A stretch of DNA of 64,000 bases from an uncultured Actinomycetes bacterium (GTDB lineage Bacteria; Actinomycetota; Coriobacteriia; Anaerosomatales; CAVRZR01): positions 617,354-681,353 of the forward strand of contig CAWEJW010000001.1 in assembly GCA_963809535.1 (NCBI GenBank), in the 5' to 3' direction. The position numbers were made by a program, and so were the translations under genes. Shown piece after piece: positions 22,215 to 31,615 of this stretch. Numbering within the stretch: position 1 is the first letter of the stretch; each line of letters begins with the position of its first letter. The notes beneath the pieces are model-generated. The model saw only the letters and a program-made list of their open reading frames with translations. It was not told the origin of the DNA and did no database searches.

Positions 22215-22520
22215 ATGAGTTCCCAGACATCGAGTCTGATCCTGTACTTCGCGCTCTTGGCGGTGGCCTTCTACTTTCTCATCATTCGGCCCCAGCAAAC
22301 GCGTCAACGGCAGCAGCGCGAGCTGATGTCGAAACTCAAGCCCGGCGACCGGGTCGTGACCGTGAGCGGCATCTTTGGGACCGTCGAGTCTGTCGATGCC
22401 GATACCGTGATGCTGCGCGTTGCCGAAGGCGTCGACATCGAGTTCGCACGCGGCGCAATCTCGCAGATCGTCGAGTCGTTCTCGGCTGGCCACACAGATT
22501 CGGAGCCGCCGAACGAGTGA
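22215..22520 (+). CDS. yajC: preprotein translocase subunit YajC
   Basis: Motifs FYFL.IRPQ.....Q...L..L..GD.V.T..GI.G.V. Confidence 0.9.
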   Translation: MSSQTSSLILYFALLAVAFYFLIIRPQQTRQRQQRELMSKLKPGDRVVTVSGIFGTVESVDADTVMLRVAEGVDIEFARGAISQIVESFSAGHTDSEPPNE

Positions 22521-22678
22521 GCCGGCTCGGCATCGCGGGCAGAAGCGTGCCCGCAGTCGGCCAAGACTCTCGCAAGACAGGCGCGTACGTAGCCGTGTTT
22601 CGCCACGGCGTCGACTCGCCACACGGGTATGCGCGCCCCTCGCGGGCGTAGAACGCAACACGCTAGGAAGGCCAAGGA

Positions 22679-23995
22679 ATGGATCAGAGACAGAAGAACT
22701 TCATCTCGCTCGGGGTCATTGCAGTCCTCGTGATCGCCTCGTGGGTGCTGTTCATCCCGCCGAACAAGAAGATCACGCAGGGCCTCGACCTTCAGGGCGG
22801 GATCTCGGTGATCCTCACAGCGCAGGAGACGACCGCGACCGCGGTTACCGCTGCCGTCATGGACCGCGCCGAGCTGATCGTGAACAACCGCGTGAACAAG
22901 CTGGGTGCGTCGGAGGCTTCGATCCAGAAGCAGGGCAGCGATTCGATCCTCGTTCAGCTGCCGGGCATACGAAACGCGCAGGAAGCCCTCAAAGTGCTCG
23001 GTTCAACGGGTCAGCTGGAGTTCGTCGATGTAGAGTCGATCACGGATTCTGCGACGGTCGCAGCGCTTCAGTCTGGGGAGCAGAACGTCCAGCTCAAGAC
23101 CGGCACCTACACGCCACTCATGACCGGCGAGGTCATCACGAACGCGAGCGTGGGCACTGACTCGACGACGAACAAGATCGTCGTGAACGTCTCTATGGAC
23201 AACAAGGGTCGGCAGATCTGGGCCGACTACACCACGACTCACGTCGGCAAGCAGGTGGCGATCGTCCTGGACGGCAGGGTCGAATCGGCGCCGTCCGTCA
23301 ATGAGCCGATCACGGATGGGCGCACCCAGATAAGCGGCAGCTTCACCGCCGCGGAGGCGAAGAACCTCAAGACCGTGCTCGAGACGGGCGCGTTGCCCGT
23401 CACGCTCGTCTTCTCTGAGTCGAGAGTCGTGGGTCCTACACTCGGCCAGGACTCTCTTCGCCAGGGCGTCCTCGCGGGACTCCTTGGTCTCGTTCTCGTC
23501 TCCATCTACATGGCTCTCTTCTATCGCGGGCTCGGCCTGATCAGTTGGGGCTCGCTCTTCATCTTCGCGTCGATCTTCCTCGGCGTGCTCGGTCTGCTCT
23601 CGAGCTTTGGTTGGTTCGCGCTGTCGCTGCCGGGCGTCGCAGGTATCGTGCTCACGATCGGCATCGCTGCCGACTCGACCATCCTGATGCTCGAGCGCTT
23701 CAAGGAAGAAGTGCGGATGGGAAAGACCCTGCGCAGTGCGGCGAAATCCGGCACGATGCACGCGTTCTTCACGAGCATGGACGCGGACCTGGTGACCTTC
23801 GTCTCGGCCCTGGTGCTCTTCCTCGTGGCGGTCGGCCCGGTTCGTGGATTCGCCCTGACACTCATGATCGGCATCGCGTGTGACCTCACCGTCGCCTTCC
23901 TCTTCACTCGCACGTCGATCATGCTCTTCGCCGAATCGGGACTCACGAAGGTGCCCTGGCTGTTCGGCCTGAAGGGGGGTGCCGCTCGTGCGTAA
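22679..23995 (+). CDS. secD: protein translocase subunit SecD
   Basis: Motifs LGLDLQGG, I....V..LG..E..I...G...I.V.LPG, VAIVLDG and GIA.D..I...ER..EE. Confidence 0.95.
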   Translation: MDQRQKNFISLGVIAVLVIASWVLFIPPNKKITQGLDLQGGISVILTAQETTATAVTAAVMDRAELIVNNRVNKLGASEASIQKQGSDSILVQLPGIRNAQEALKVLGSTGQLEFVDVESITDSATVAALQSGEQNVQLKTGTYTPLMTGEVITNASVGTDSTTNKIVVNVSMDNKGRQIWADYTTTHVGKQVAIVLDGRVESAPSVNEPITDGRTQISGSFTAAEAKNLKTVLETGALPVTLVFSESRVVGPTLGQDSLRQGVLAGLLGLVLVSIYMALFYRGLGLISWGSLFIFASIFLGVLGLLSSFGWFALSLPGVAGIVLTIGIAADSTILMLERFKEEVRMGKTLRSAAKSGTMHAFFTSMDADLVTFVSALVLFLVAVGPVRGFALTLMIGIACDLTVAFLFTRTSIMLFAESGLTKVPWLFGLKGGAARA

Positions 23996-24884
23996 GCAAA
24001 TCGATTTCATGGGTCACAAGTGGATCTTCTTCGGGCTCTCGGCGGTGCTGATCGTCATCTCGATCGCCAGCTTGGCGATCAAAGGCCTGAATCTGGGCAT
24101 CGAATTCGAGGGCGGCACTGTCGTCAACTTCACGGCGGCGAAGGACGTTACCATTGGTCAGATGCGGAACGCCTTCACCGATGCGGGGATACCCGAGCCT
24201 GGGGTTCAGTCCGTTCAGGGAGGTGGCTTCATCGTCCGATTCGCAGAGTCGAATCCGGACAAGGCGAACGCTGCCTACCAGCAGGTGATCAAGACACTCT
24301 CGCTGCCGAGCGACGCCGGCGACGTAACCACCATCGGTCCCGGATGGGGGAAGCTCGTTACCAGCCGTTCACTCCTCGCGGCCGCACTGGCGATAGCCGC
24401 CATCCTGCTCTACATCTCGCTACGCTACGACTACAAGATGTCGCTGACGGCTGTACTGGCGCTCGTGCACGACGGCATCATCGTGCTCGGCATCTACTCG
24501 CTGTTCGGCTTCGAGGTCACGCCGAACACGATTGCGGCACTGCTCACGATCCTCGGTTTCTCGCTCTACGACACGATCGTCGTCTTCCATCGGATCAAGG
24601 AGAACTCCCAGCACATCTCCAAGCAAACGTTCTCACAGATGGCGAACGAGTCGATCAACCAGGTTCTTGTGCGCTCCATAAACACGTCGCTCACGGCGCT
24701 GATTCCCGTCGTCATGCTGCTGATCTTCGGCGGGTCGACGCTGCAGGACTTCGCCTTCGCACTCTTCATCGGCCTCATCTCGGGTGCATACTCGTCCATC
24801 GGCGTCGCCGCGATCATCTACTCGATGTGGAGAGAGACCGAGCCGCGGTTCCAGGCGCTCAAGAAGAAGTACGCAGCCGCGTAG
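23988..24884 (+). CDS. secF: protein translocase subunit SecF
   Basis: IDFMGHKW..., GI.F.GGT and L.GFSLYDTIVVFDRI-like motifs. GTG start after GAAGGGGGG. Alternative starts are 23979 and 24009. Confidence 0.95.
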   Translation: MRKQIDFMGHKWIFFGLSAVLIVISIASLAIKGLNLGIEFEGGTVVNFTAAKDVTIGQMRNAFTDAGIPEPGVQSVQGGGFIVRFAESNPDKANAAYQQVIKTLSLPSDAGDVTTIGPGWGKLVTSRSLLAAALAIAAILLYISLRYDYKMSLTAVLALVHDGIIVLGIYSLFGFEVTPNTIAALLTILGFSLYDTIVVFHRIKENSQHISKQTFSQMANESINQVLVRSINTSLTALIPVVMLLIFGGSTLQDFAFALFIGLISGAYSSIGVAAIIYSMWRETEPRFQALKKKYAAA

Positions 24885-24916
24885 CGCACCTGGACTACGT
24901 CAGCTTGTCGAATTGC

Positions 24917-24943
24917 CGGGGCCGACCGTTTGTGTCGGCCCCG
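24917..24943 (+). terminator. hairpin after secF (10-bp perfect stem)
   Basis: CGGGGCCGAC-CGTTTGT-GTCGGCCCCG. The downstream tract is only weakly T-rich. Confidence 0.5.
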
Positions 24944-24948
24944 TCGTC

Positions 24949-24954
24949 TAGGAT
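24949..24954 (+). promoter_or_regulatory. -10-like hexamer TAGGAT 6 nt before the recJ-fusion ATG (leaderless candidate)
   Basis: TCTAGGATGGGCAC-ATG with no SD. Confidence 0.35.
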
Positions 24955-24960
24955 GGGCAC

Positions 24961-27900
24961 ATGGGGAAGGCTCGACACGCGCTGAGTCGCTGGCAGCTTG
25001 CACCCGCGGACGCTTCGGCCGTACACAGGCTCGCATCAGCGGTCGGTCTGTCCGAGATCACGGCGCGAGTCCTCGTCGGCCGCGGGATGACCGATCCCGA
25101 GACTGCCGAGCGCTTCCTTTCGCCCGATCTTGAGCGTGACTGGCTCGACCCGTCCCTGATCCCGGGCATGTCCGAGGCTGCCGACCGGGTTGCCCAAGCC
25201 GCCGGCTCGCACGAACGCGTCGTGGTCTTCGGCGACTTCGACCTGGACGGGATCGCGTCGGCTGCGCTTACCGCTCTCGGCCTGCGGGCCATGGGTGCGG
25301 ACGTCCGGGCAATCGTGCCGCACCGATTCCGGGAGGGGTACGGCCTATCACCGGCTGCGCTTACGCGCGTGTTCGCCGCCCATCCCGACCTCGTCGTCAC
25401 CGTCGATTGCGGAATCTCGGCCAGAGCCGAGGTCGCGGTGCTGGCAGCGCGGGGAGTCGCATGCGTCGTCACCGACCATCACGAACCCGGCCGGGACCTG
25501 CCTCCAGACATTCCGGTTGCGAACCCCAAACTCGACCCCGCTTGTCCATCGCACGCCCTTGCGGGCGCGGGCGTCGCTCTGAAGCTCGTGCAGGCGGTCG
25601 GCGAGCGCCTCGGCTTCCCGGACGTGTGGCGTGACCTTGTGGACCTCGCCACCCTGGGGACGGTCGCGGACATCGTCCCCCTCACGGGCGAGAACCGCGC
25701 GCTCGTCTCGGCCGGCCTTCGAGCGATGAGCGCCGCGCCGCGGCTCGGCATCGCAGCTCTCGCCTCCGCGGCCGGCATCTCACTCGAGTCACTCGATGCC
25801 GACAACATCGCGTTCGCGCTGGCGCCCCGCCTCAACGCGCCGGGGCGCATGGGCGATCCCGACGACGCCCTTCAGCTGCTCCTCACTGACGATTCGGTCC
25901 TCGCCGAGCAACTCGCGCTTTCCCTGGACGAGCAGAACCGCGCGCGCCAGACCAGCGAGCAGGACCTGACCGAGGCGGCGCTCGCCCAAGCGGAGAGGGT
26001 CTACGCAGGTGAGCGGGCGCTCGTGCTGGCCGGGGAAGGCTGGCACGAGGGCGTGAAGGGCATCGTTGCGTCCCGCGTCGCCGCGGAGTACGGGGTCCCG
26101 ACCCTGCTCTTCACCATCGAGGACGGTGAGGCCCGAGGCTCTGGGCGGACGGCGGGCTCCGTCGACCTCTTCCGCGCGCTGTCGGACGCGAGTTCGTGCC
26201 TCACGCGCTATGGAGGTCATGCGGCAGCCGTGGGATGCGCGCTTCCCCAGGGATCGCTCGACCAGTTCCGGCGCGACTTGCTGGAGGTGCTCGACGCGCT
26301 CCCAGCAGAGGAGCTGGCCGTCGAGTTGCGCTACGACGCCGACATCGCTCTGGAGGACGTGGGTCTGGAGCTCGCGGCCGAGCTCGAACGGTTGGCGCCA
26401 TACGGTTCGGGAAACCCCAAACCGATCCTCGCCACCCGGTCGGTCTTCATGAATGGGCGGCAGCGAGTGGGTCGGACCGGCAGTCACCTGCGCTTCATGG
26501 CGTTCGATGGCGGAGCGTCCGTGCCGGCGATCGCCTTCAGATGTCGAGACATCGAAGAAGTCGTCGCCAAGGACGGTCCCATGGACATCGCGTTCGAGAT
26601 CGCGGCCGACGAATGGCGCGGTCGCCGACGCGTCCAGCTCCTGGTGCGCGACATGAAGGACTCGTCGGTCGCGGGCGGTGTCGAGGAGCCCCTCACCTCG
26701 ATCGGCATACTCATCGAGGACCTCTTCGAGCGCGCCGACGAGATCATCGCCCGTGAGGAATACGCCGGTATCGGCGACGCCGAGTCCTTCCACACGAAGC
26801 TGGCTGGCGTCACCTTCGAAGGGCGACAGGACGTTCTGGCCCGGCTGGCGCTGGGTACCCCTTTGCGTCTGGAGCGCCAGCCCTCGAATGAGCACGACAC
26901 GAACGCGATCGCTCTCTTCGATCCATTCGGGGACCAGGTAGGCTTCTTCAACCGAAGACTCTCGGCAGCGCTCGCGCCGGTCATCGACTCCGGAACCACC
27001 TACGACGTTGAAGTCACGGACGTGACCGGGGGGGACGAAGGCCGCAGCCTCGGCGTGAACGTCTTGGTGAGCCAGCGGGGAGCGAGCCAGGCAGCCGAGG
27101 CCTTCGCCGAGCTACGGGCACAGCGGCGGGCCAAACTCGCGGCCATGCCGGCGTCAGAGTTGGATGCAGAGCTCACGCGCCTCTTCCTCGGCGACAGGCG
27201 GCTCCACGCGGCACAAGCGCGGGCGCTCGCGCATCTTGCGCAAGGTGCGAACACGCTGCTCGTCATGGCAACGGGCCGCGGCAAGTCCGTTGTCTTCCAC
27301 CTCCACGCTGCGCGCTTGGCGCTTCGCGACGCTCGCGCGTCCGTGTTCGTGTACCCGCTTAGGGCGCTCGTATCGGATCAGGCCTTCCACCTCGAGAACA
27401 CGTTCGCCGAAGCGGGATTGGCGGTGCGCACGCTCACAGGGGAGACTTCTCCCGGGGCGCGTGACGAGACGTTCGCGGACCTGACCGAGGGCTCGCTCGA
27501 CGTCGTTCTCACGACACCCGAGTTCCTCGACCACCATGCCGCTCGCTTCGCCGATGCTGCCCGCGTCGGCTTCGTTGTCGTCGATGAAGCCCACCACGTC
27601 GGCATGGCCAGAGCCGGACATCGGCCGGCGTACGCCAGACTCGACCGCGCGCTCGATGCCCTGGGCAACCCTCTCGTGCTTGCGGCGAGCGCCACCGCGG
27701 GGGATGAGACTGCTCGGGCGATACGGTCGGTTTTGGGCATTGACAAGGTCGTCGCGGACCCAACCGTGCGCGACAACCTTCGAATCGAGGACAAGCGAGA
27801 CCACGCCGACAAGGACACGTACATCTGCTCGCTGGCGGCGAGCGGCGAGAAGATGATCGTCTACGTGAACTCGCGTGAGCAGTCAGTGCGCCTCGCGCGC

Positions 27901-28608
27901 ATGTTGCGAAAGCGGGTACCCGGGGTCGCCGCGCGCACGGCCTTCTACAACGGCGGGTTGTCGCGTGAGGCGCGCGCCGCCATCGAGCACGCGTTCCGCA
28001 CCGGCGAGGTCTCGGCTGTCGTCGCCACAAGCGCGTTCGGGGAGGGAGTCAACATCCCCGACATTCGACACGTCGTGCACTTCCATCTGCCCTTTGGGGA
28101 AGTCGAGTTCAACCAGATGTCCGGTCGGGCAGGTCGCGACGGGGCCTCCGCGTCCGTGCACCTTCTCTTCGGGAAGAAGGATGCGCGCATCAATGAGGCC
28201 ATCCTCTCGGCCCTGGCACCTGGGCGAGAGGACCTGGCTGCGCTCTACCTCGTGCTACGCGACGAACAAGCGGCCTCGGGCGGGAGTTTCGAGGTCACGA
28301 ATGCCGAACTCGCCGAGCGGGCGCATCGCCGTCGCAAGCAGTTCGCGCTCGACGAGCGCGGCGTCTCTTCGGCCCTCGGGATCCTCCGCGAGTTGGGGCT
28401 GGTGGACGGGGAGGGGCACGGGTCCTATCGGCGACTCACCCTCCTGCCAGCTCCCGCCGAGAAGCTCGATCTGTCCGACTCAGTGCGCTACGCCGAGGGA
28501 CTCGATGAGATCGCCGAGTTCGGAGAGTTCAAACAGTGGGTGTTCTCGGCTGAACCGGCGTTGTTGCTCGAGCGGTTCAACCGTCCTATCCTGCCAACAC
28601 AGCTCTGA
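24961..28608 (+). CDS. recJ: RecJ exonuclease fused to a HIRAN domain and a RecQ-like DEAH helicase (1215 aa)
   Basis: N-terminus has the DHH family motifs (FGDFDLDG, DHH in VVTDHHEP, DHHA1 region). The middle (about 26788-27075) is HIRAN-like: LAGVTFEGRQD...L.RQPSNEHD.NAI.LF. The C-terminus has helicase motifs I (ATGRGKS), II (VVDEAHHV) and VI (QMSGRAGRDG). Confidence 0.85.
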   Translation: MGKARHALSRWQLAPADASAVHRLASAVGLSEITARVLVGRGMTDPETAERFLSPDLERDWLDPSLIPGMSEAADRVAQAAGSHERVVVFGDFDLDGIASAALTALGLRAMGADVRAIVPHRFREGYGLSPAALTRVFAAHPDLVVTVDCGISARAEVAVLAARGVACVVTDHHEPGRDLPPDIPVANPKLDPACPSHALAGAGVALKLVQAVGERLGFPDVWRDLVDLATLGTVADIVPLTGENRALVSAGLRAMSAAPRLGIAALASAAGISLESLDADNIAFALAPRLNAPGRMGDPDDALQLLLTDDSVLAEQLALSLDEQNRARQTSEQDLTEAALAQAERVYAGERALVLAGEGWHEGVKGIVASRVAAEYGVPTLLFTIEDGEARGSGRTAGSVDLFRALSDASSCLTRYGGHAAAVGCALPQGSLDQFRRDLLEVLDALPAEELAVELRYDADIALEDVGLELAAELERLAPYGSGNPKPILATRSVFMNGRQRVGRTGSHLRFMAFDGGASVPAIAFRCRDIEEVVAKDGPMDIAFEIAADEWRGRRRVQLLVRDMKDSSVAGGVEEPLTSIGILIEDLFERADEIIAREEYAGIGDAESFHTKLAGVTFEGRQDVLARLALGTPLRLERQPSNEHDTNAIALFDPFGDQVGFFNRRLSAALAPVIDSGTTYDVEVTDVTGGDEGRSLGVNVLVSQRGASQAAEAFAELRAQRRAKLAAMPASELDAELTRLFLGDRRLHAAQARALAHLAQGANTLLVMATGRGKSVVFHLHAARLALRDARASVFVYPLRALVSDQAFHLENTFAEAGLAVRTLTGETSPGARDETFADLTEGSLDVVLTTPEFLDHHAARFADAARVGFVVVDEAHHVGMARAGHRPAYARLDRALDALGNPLVLAASATAGDETARAIRSVLGIDKVVADPTVRDNLRIEDKRDHADKDTYICSLAASGEKMIVYVNSREQSVRLARMLRKRVPGVAARTAFYNGGLSREARAAIEHAFRTGEVSAVVATSAFGEGVNIPDIRHVVHFHLPFGEVEFNQMSGRAGRDGASASVHLLFGKKDARINEAILSALAPGREDLAALYLVLRDEQAASGGSFEVTNAELAERAHRRRKQFALDERGVSSALGILRELGLVDGEGHGSYRRLTLLPAPAEKLDLSDSVRYAEGLDEIAEFGEFKQWVFSAEPALLLERFNRPILPTQL

Positions 28609-28630
28609 CGGGAAGGACGAGCGCAGAGTC

Positions 28631-30859
28631 ATGCCTGCGACGCTCGAACAGATAGAAGCGCACGTACAGGAATACAATCCTGGCGCGGACCTGAGCGGGC
28701 TGGCCGACGCGTACGAGTTTGCCGTCGAGGCTCACGAAGGTCAGATGCGCAAGTCTGGCGAGCCCTTCGTTCGGCACCCACTCGAGGTGTGTCTCATCTT
28801 AGCCGAGCTCCACCTCGACACGGCAACGCTCATGGCGGCCCTCCTGCACGACGTCGTCGAGGACTCCGGGGTGCCGCTTTCGGTCATTCGCGAGCGATTC
28901 GGTGACGAGGTCGCCGACCTCGTGGACGGTGTCACCAAACTCGGCAAGATCAAGTTTGCCTCGCTGGCCGAGGAGCAGAGCCAGAACATGCGCAAGATGC
29001 TCATCGCGATGGCCAAGGACATCCGCGTCATTCTGATCAAGCTCGCCGACCGTCTCCACAACATGCGCACGCTCGCGGCCTTGCCCGAGGAACGGCGGCG
29101 CGAGAAGGCCATCGAGACGATGGAGATCTACGCGCCGCTCGCGCACCGCCTGGGTATCTCAAGCATCAAGTGGGAGCTCGAGGACCTGGCGTTCTACTAC
29201 CTTGAGCCGCACAAATTTCACCAGGTTGCACGGATGGTCGCCGAGAGCCGAGAGGCGCGCGAGGCCTACCTCAATCAGGTCGTCGACCAGCTCCAGACCG
29301 AGTTGCGCGCGATCGGCGTCGAAGCCGACATCAAGGGGCGCCCGAAGCACCTCTACAGCATCTATCAGAAGATGGCGCGCAAAGGTAAGGACTTCAACGA
29401 GATCTACGACCTCATCGCCCTTCGCGTCATCGTCGGCTCGGTCAAGGACGTATACGGAGCACTCGGCACCGTTCACTCCATTTGGAAGCCGGTCCCGGGC
29501 CGCTTCAAGGACTATGTCGCGATGCCCAAGTTCAACATGTATCAGTCGCTGCACACGACCGTCATAGGTCCTGCCGGTCGCCCGCTGGAGATTCAGATCC
29601 GCACCGAAGAGATGCATCGCACCGCCGAGTACGGCATCGCTGCTCACTGGCGCTACAAGGAAGGGAGCCGGGGAGACGAGTCGTTCGACGAGAGACTCGC
29701 ATGGCTGCGTCAGATGCTCGAGTGGCAGACCGAGCTCAAGGACCCCCGCGAGTTCATGGAAGCCCTCAAGATCGACCTGTTCGAGGACGAGGTCTTCGTC
29801 TTCACTCCCAAGGGCGATGTCGTGTCCCTTCGAAGGGGATCGACTCCGATCGACTTCTCGTACGCAATCCACACCGAAGTCGGAAACCACACGGTCGGAG
29901 CCAAGGTGAACGGCGCGATCGTCCCGCTCGGCTACGAGCTGCAGATGGGCGATCGCGTAGAGATCATGACGAACAAGAGCTCGTCTCCGTCGAGGGACTG
30001 GCTCAACATCGTGCGCACGTCGAGTGCGCGGTCCAAGATCCGAAGCTACTTCTCGAAGGTGAACCGGGTCGACGATCTCCAGCATGGCCGAGAGGAGCTC
30101 GGCAAGGTCATGCGCAAGCACGGCATGGGGATCGGGTCGTCGACGGCCGCCAAGGCCCTTGAAGCCGTCGCCAAGGACATGAACTACGCGTCTGCTGACG
30201 ACATGCTCGCCGGCATCGGAGGAGGCAAGCTCTCGGCCAAGCAAGTCGGCACCAAGCTCCTCAAGCGCATGGCAAAAGAGGGCCAGAGTGGGGTCGCCGA
30301 GAAGCTCCCCCCAGAATCGCCGGGTACGCTTCCACTCACGCAGCCGATGCGGCCACCGCGCTCGAAGCGCCACAAGACCGGTGGGGGCGTGAAGGTCGTC
30401 GGTATCGACGACGTGCTCGTGCGACTGGCGCGCTGCTGCAATCCCGTTCCCGGCGACGCCATCGTCGGTTTTGTGACCCGCGGCAGGGGAGTGTCGGTTC
30501 ATCGCCGTGACTGCCCGAACGCGGCTGAGTTGCTCAAATCACCCGAGAGGATCATCGAGGTCGAGTGGGACCGCGCGGCGGCCGCAACGTATCAAGTTGA
30601 GATTTACGTTGAGGGTTTGGACCGGATGCGGCTCCTGCAGGACGTAACCGCGGCACTTGGGGAGTCAGGCGTGAACATCCTCGCGGCTTCGGCGAACACA
30701 CATCACGACGGCATCGTGAACATGCGGTTCCTCTTCGAGCTGGGTGATATGGACCAGCTCCAGTCGGTGCTGCGGACCGTGCACGCGATCGACGGGGTCT
30801 TCGAGGCGCGCCGCATGCTGCCGGGCGAAAGCAGCGGCCAGCGCAAGGCGGGCGGCTAG
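28631..30859 (+). CDS. relA: bifunctional (p)ppGpp synthetase/hydrolase RelA/SpoT
   Basis: HD domain (HPLEV...LHDVVED), synthetase domain (RPKH.YSIY.KM, DL.A.R.I), TGS and ACT regions. Internal ATG with GAAGGA SD. Confidence 0.95.
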   Translation: MPATLEQIEAHVQEYNPGADLSGLADAYEFAVEAHEGQMRKSGEPFVRHPLEVCLILAELHLDTATLMAALLHDVVEDSGVPLSVIRERFGDEVADLVDGVTKLGKIKFASLAEEQSQNMRKMLIAMAKDIRVILIKLADRLHNMRTLAALPEERRREKAIETMEIYAPLAHRLGISSIKWELEDLAFYYLEPHKFHQVARMVAESREAREAYLNQVVDQLQTELRAIGVEADIKGRPKHLYSIYQKMARKGKDFNEIYDLIALRVIVGSVKDVYGALGTVHSIWKPVPGRFKDYVAMPKFNMYQSLHTTVIGPAGRPLEIQIRTEEMHRTAEYGIAAHWRYKEGSRGDESFDERLAWLRQMLEWQTELKDPREFMEALKIDLFEDEVFVFTPKGDVVSLRRGSTPIDFSYAIHTEVGNHTVGAKVNGAIVPLGYELQMGDRVEIMTNKSSSPSRDWLNIVRTSSARSKIRSYFSKVNRVDDLQHGREELGKVMRKHGMGIGSSTAAKALEAVAKDMNYASADDMLAGIGGGKLSAKQVGTKLLKRMAKEGQSGVAEKLPPESPGTLPLTQPMRPPRSKRHKTGGGVKVVGIDDVLVRLARCCNPVPGDAIVGFVTRGRGVSVHRRDCPNAAELLKSPERIIEVEWDRAAAATYQVEIYVEGLDRMRLLQDVTAALGESGVNILAASANTHHDGIVNMRFLFELGDMDQLQSVLRTVHAIDGVFEARRMLPGESSGQRKAGG

Positions 30860-30860
30860 G

Positions 30861-31508
30861 TTGTTCCTGGAGAGGCTCGTGCTCGGCGAGCTGCAGACGA
30901 ACTGCTGGGTGGTCGCCGACGACTCGGACGGCCCCGCGATCGTGATCGACCCCGCAGGTCACCCGTCGGATGCCGAGCGCATCGCACTCGCGGCGGCTCC
31001 CCGCGAGGTCGTTGTGATCGTCTTGACTCACGCGCACTTCGATCATCTGGGCGCTGCGTCCGCACTTCTTGAGGCGACTGGTGCGACGCTCGCAGTGCAC
31101 AGGATCGATGCGTCACGGATCACCTCACCCGCTGCCGGGGGCACCGGGGGCGCGCTGTTCGGTTTCGCGGACGTGGCCCCCCACGCCGACCGACTCCTCG
31201 ACGATGGCTCGCTCGTCGCGGCCGGGGCTTTGGCCCTCGAGGTGTGGTCTACTCCCGGTCATACCGAAGGATCGATCTCGCTTCTCGCTTCCCGCGGCGA
31301 GCACCCGATGCATCTGTTCTCGGGAGACACGCTGTTTGCAGACAGCGTCGGTCGCACCGACTTCCCGGGCGGCGACGCGCGAGCGCTGCAACGATCGATA
31401 GCGCGGATCGCCGCCTTGCCGGATGAAACGGTCGTCCATCCCGGACACGGACCTGACACGACGGTGGGGCGCGAACGGAGGCTCAACGCGTTCTTTCCGA
31501 GGGCGTGA
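30861..31508 (+). CDS. MBL-fold metallo-hydrolase (glyoxalase II-like)
   Basis: THAHFDH motif, TPGHT.GS and GD.LF......R.DFPGG. TTG start directly after the relA stop. Confidence 0.8.
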   Translation: MFLERLVLGELQTNCWVVADDSDGPAIVIDPAGHPSDAERIALAAAPREVVVIVLTHAHFDHLGAASALLEATGATLAVHRIDASRITSPAAGGTGGALFGFADVAPHADRLLDDGSLVAAGALALEVWSTPGHTEGSISLLASRGEHPMHLFSGDTLFADSVGRTDFPGGDARALQRSIARIAALPDETVVHPGHGPDTTVGRERRLNAFFPRA

Positions 31509-31582
31509 TGTGCGCTCGACCGAGCTCATCGCGTGACCCTCGCTGCGTCAGGAGGCGGGCGGGGGATGATTTCCGTCATCAA

Positions 31583-31599
31583 CCCGTTATGTTAACGGG
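31583..31599. promoter_or_regulatory. 17-bp perfect palindrome CCCGTTA-TGT-TAACGGG (candidate operator)
   Basis: 7-bp inverted arms with a 3-bp spacer, 11 nt upstream of the TACAAT hexamer, overlapping the expected -35 position. Confidence 0.35.
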
Positions 31600-31609
31600 C
31601 CTTAGGGGG

Positions 31610-31615
31610 TACAAT
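31610..31615 (+). promoter_or_regulatory. -10-like hexamer TACAAT for the cytochrome operon
   Basis: GGGTACAAT lies 211 nt upstream of ATG 31826, in the only long non-coding gap upstream of the island. Confidence 0.35.

Noticed and set aside
24020-24985. 321-aa alternative-frame ORF over secF
   Set aside because: The SecF frame is clearly the real one. The alternative product is Arg/His-rich with no membrane helices.
25789-26895. 368-aa minus-strand ORF
   Set aside because: Antisense to the RecJ part of the fusion gene. Shadow ORF.
29159-30502. 447-aa minus-strand ORF
   Set aside because: Antisense to relA/spoT, with no domain signature.
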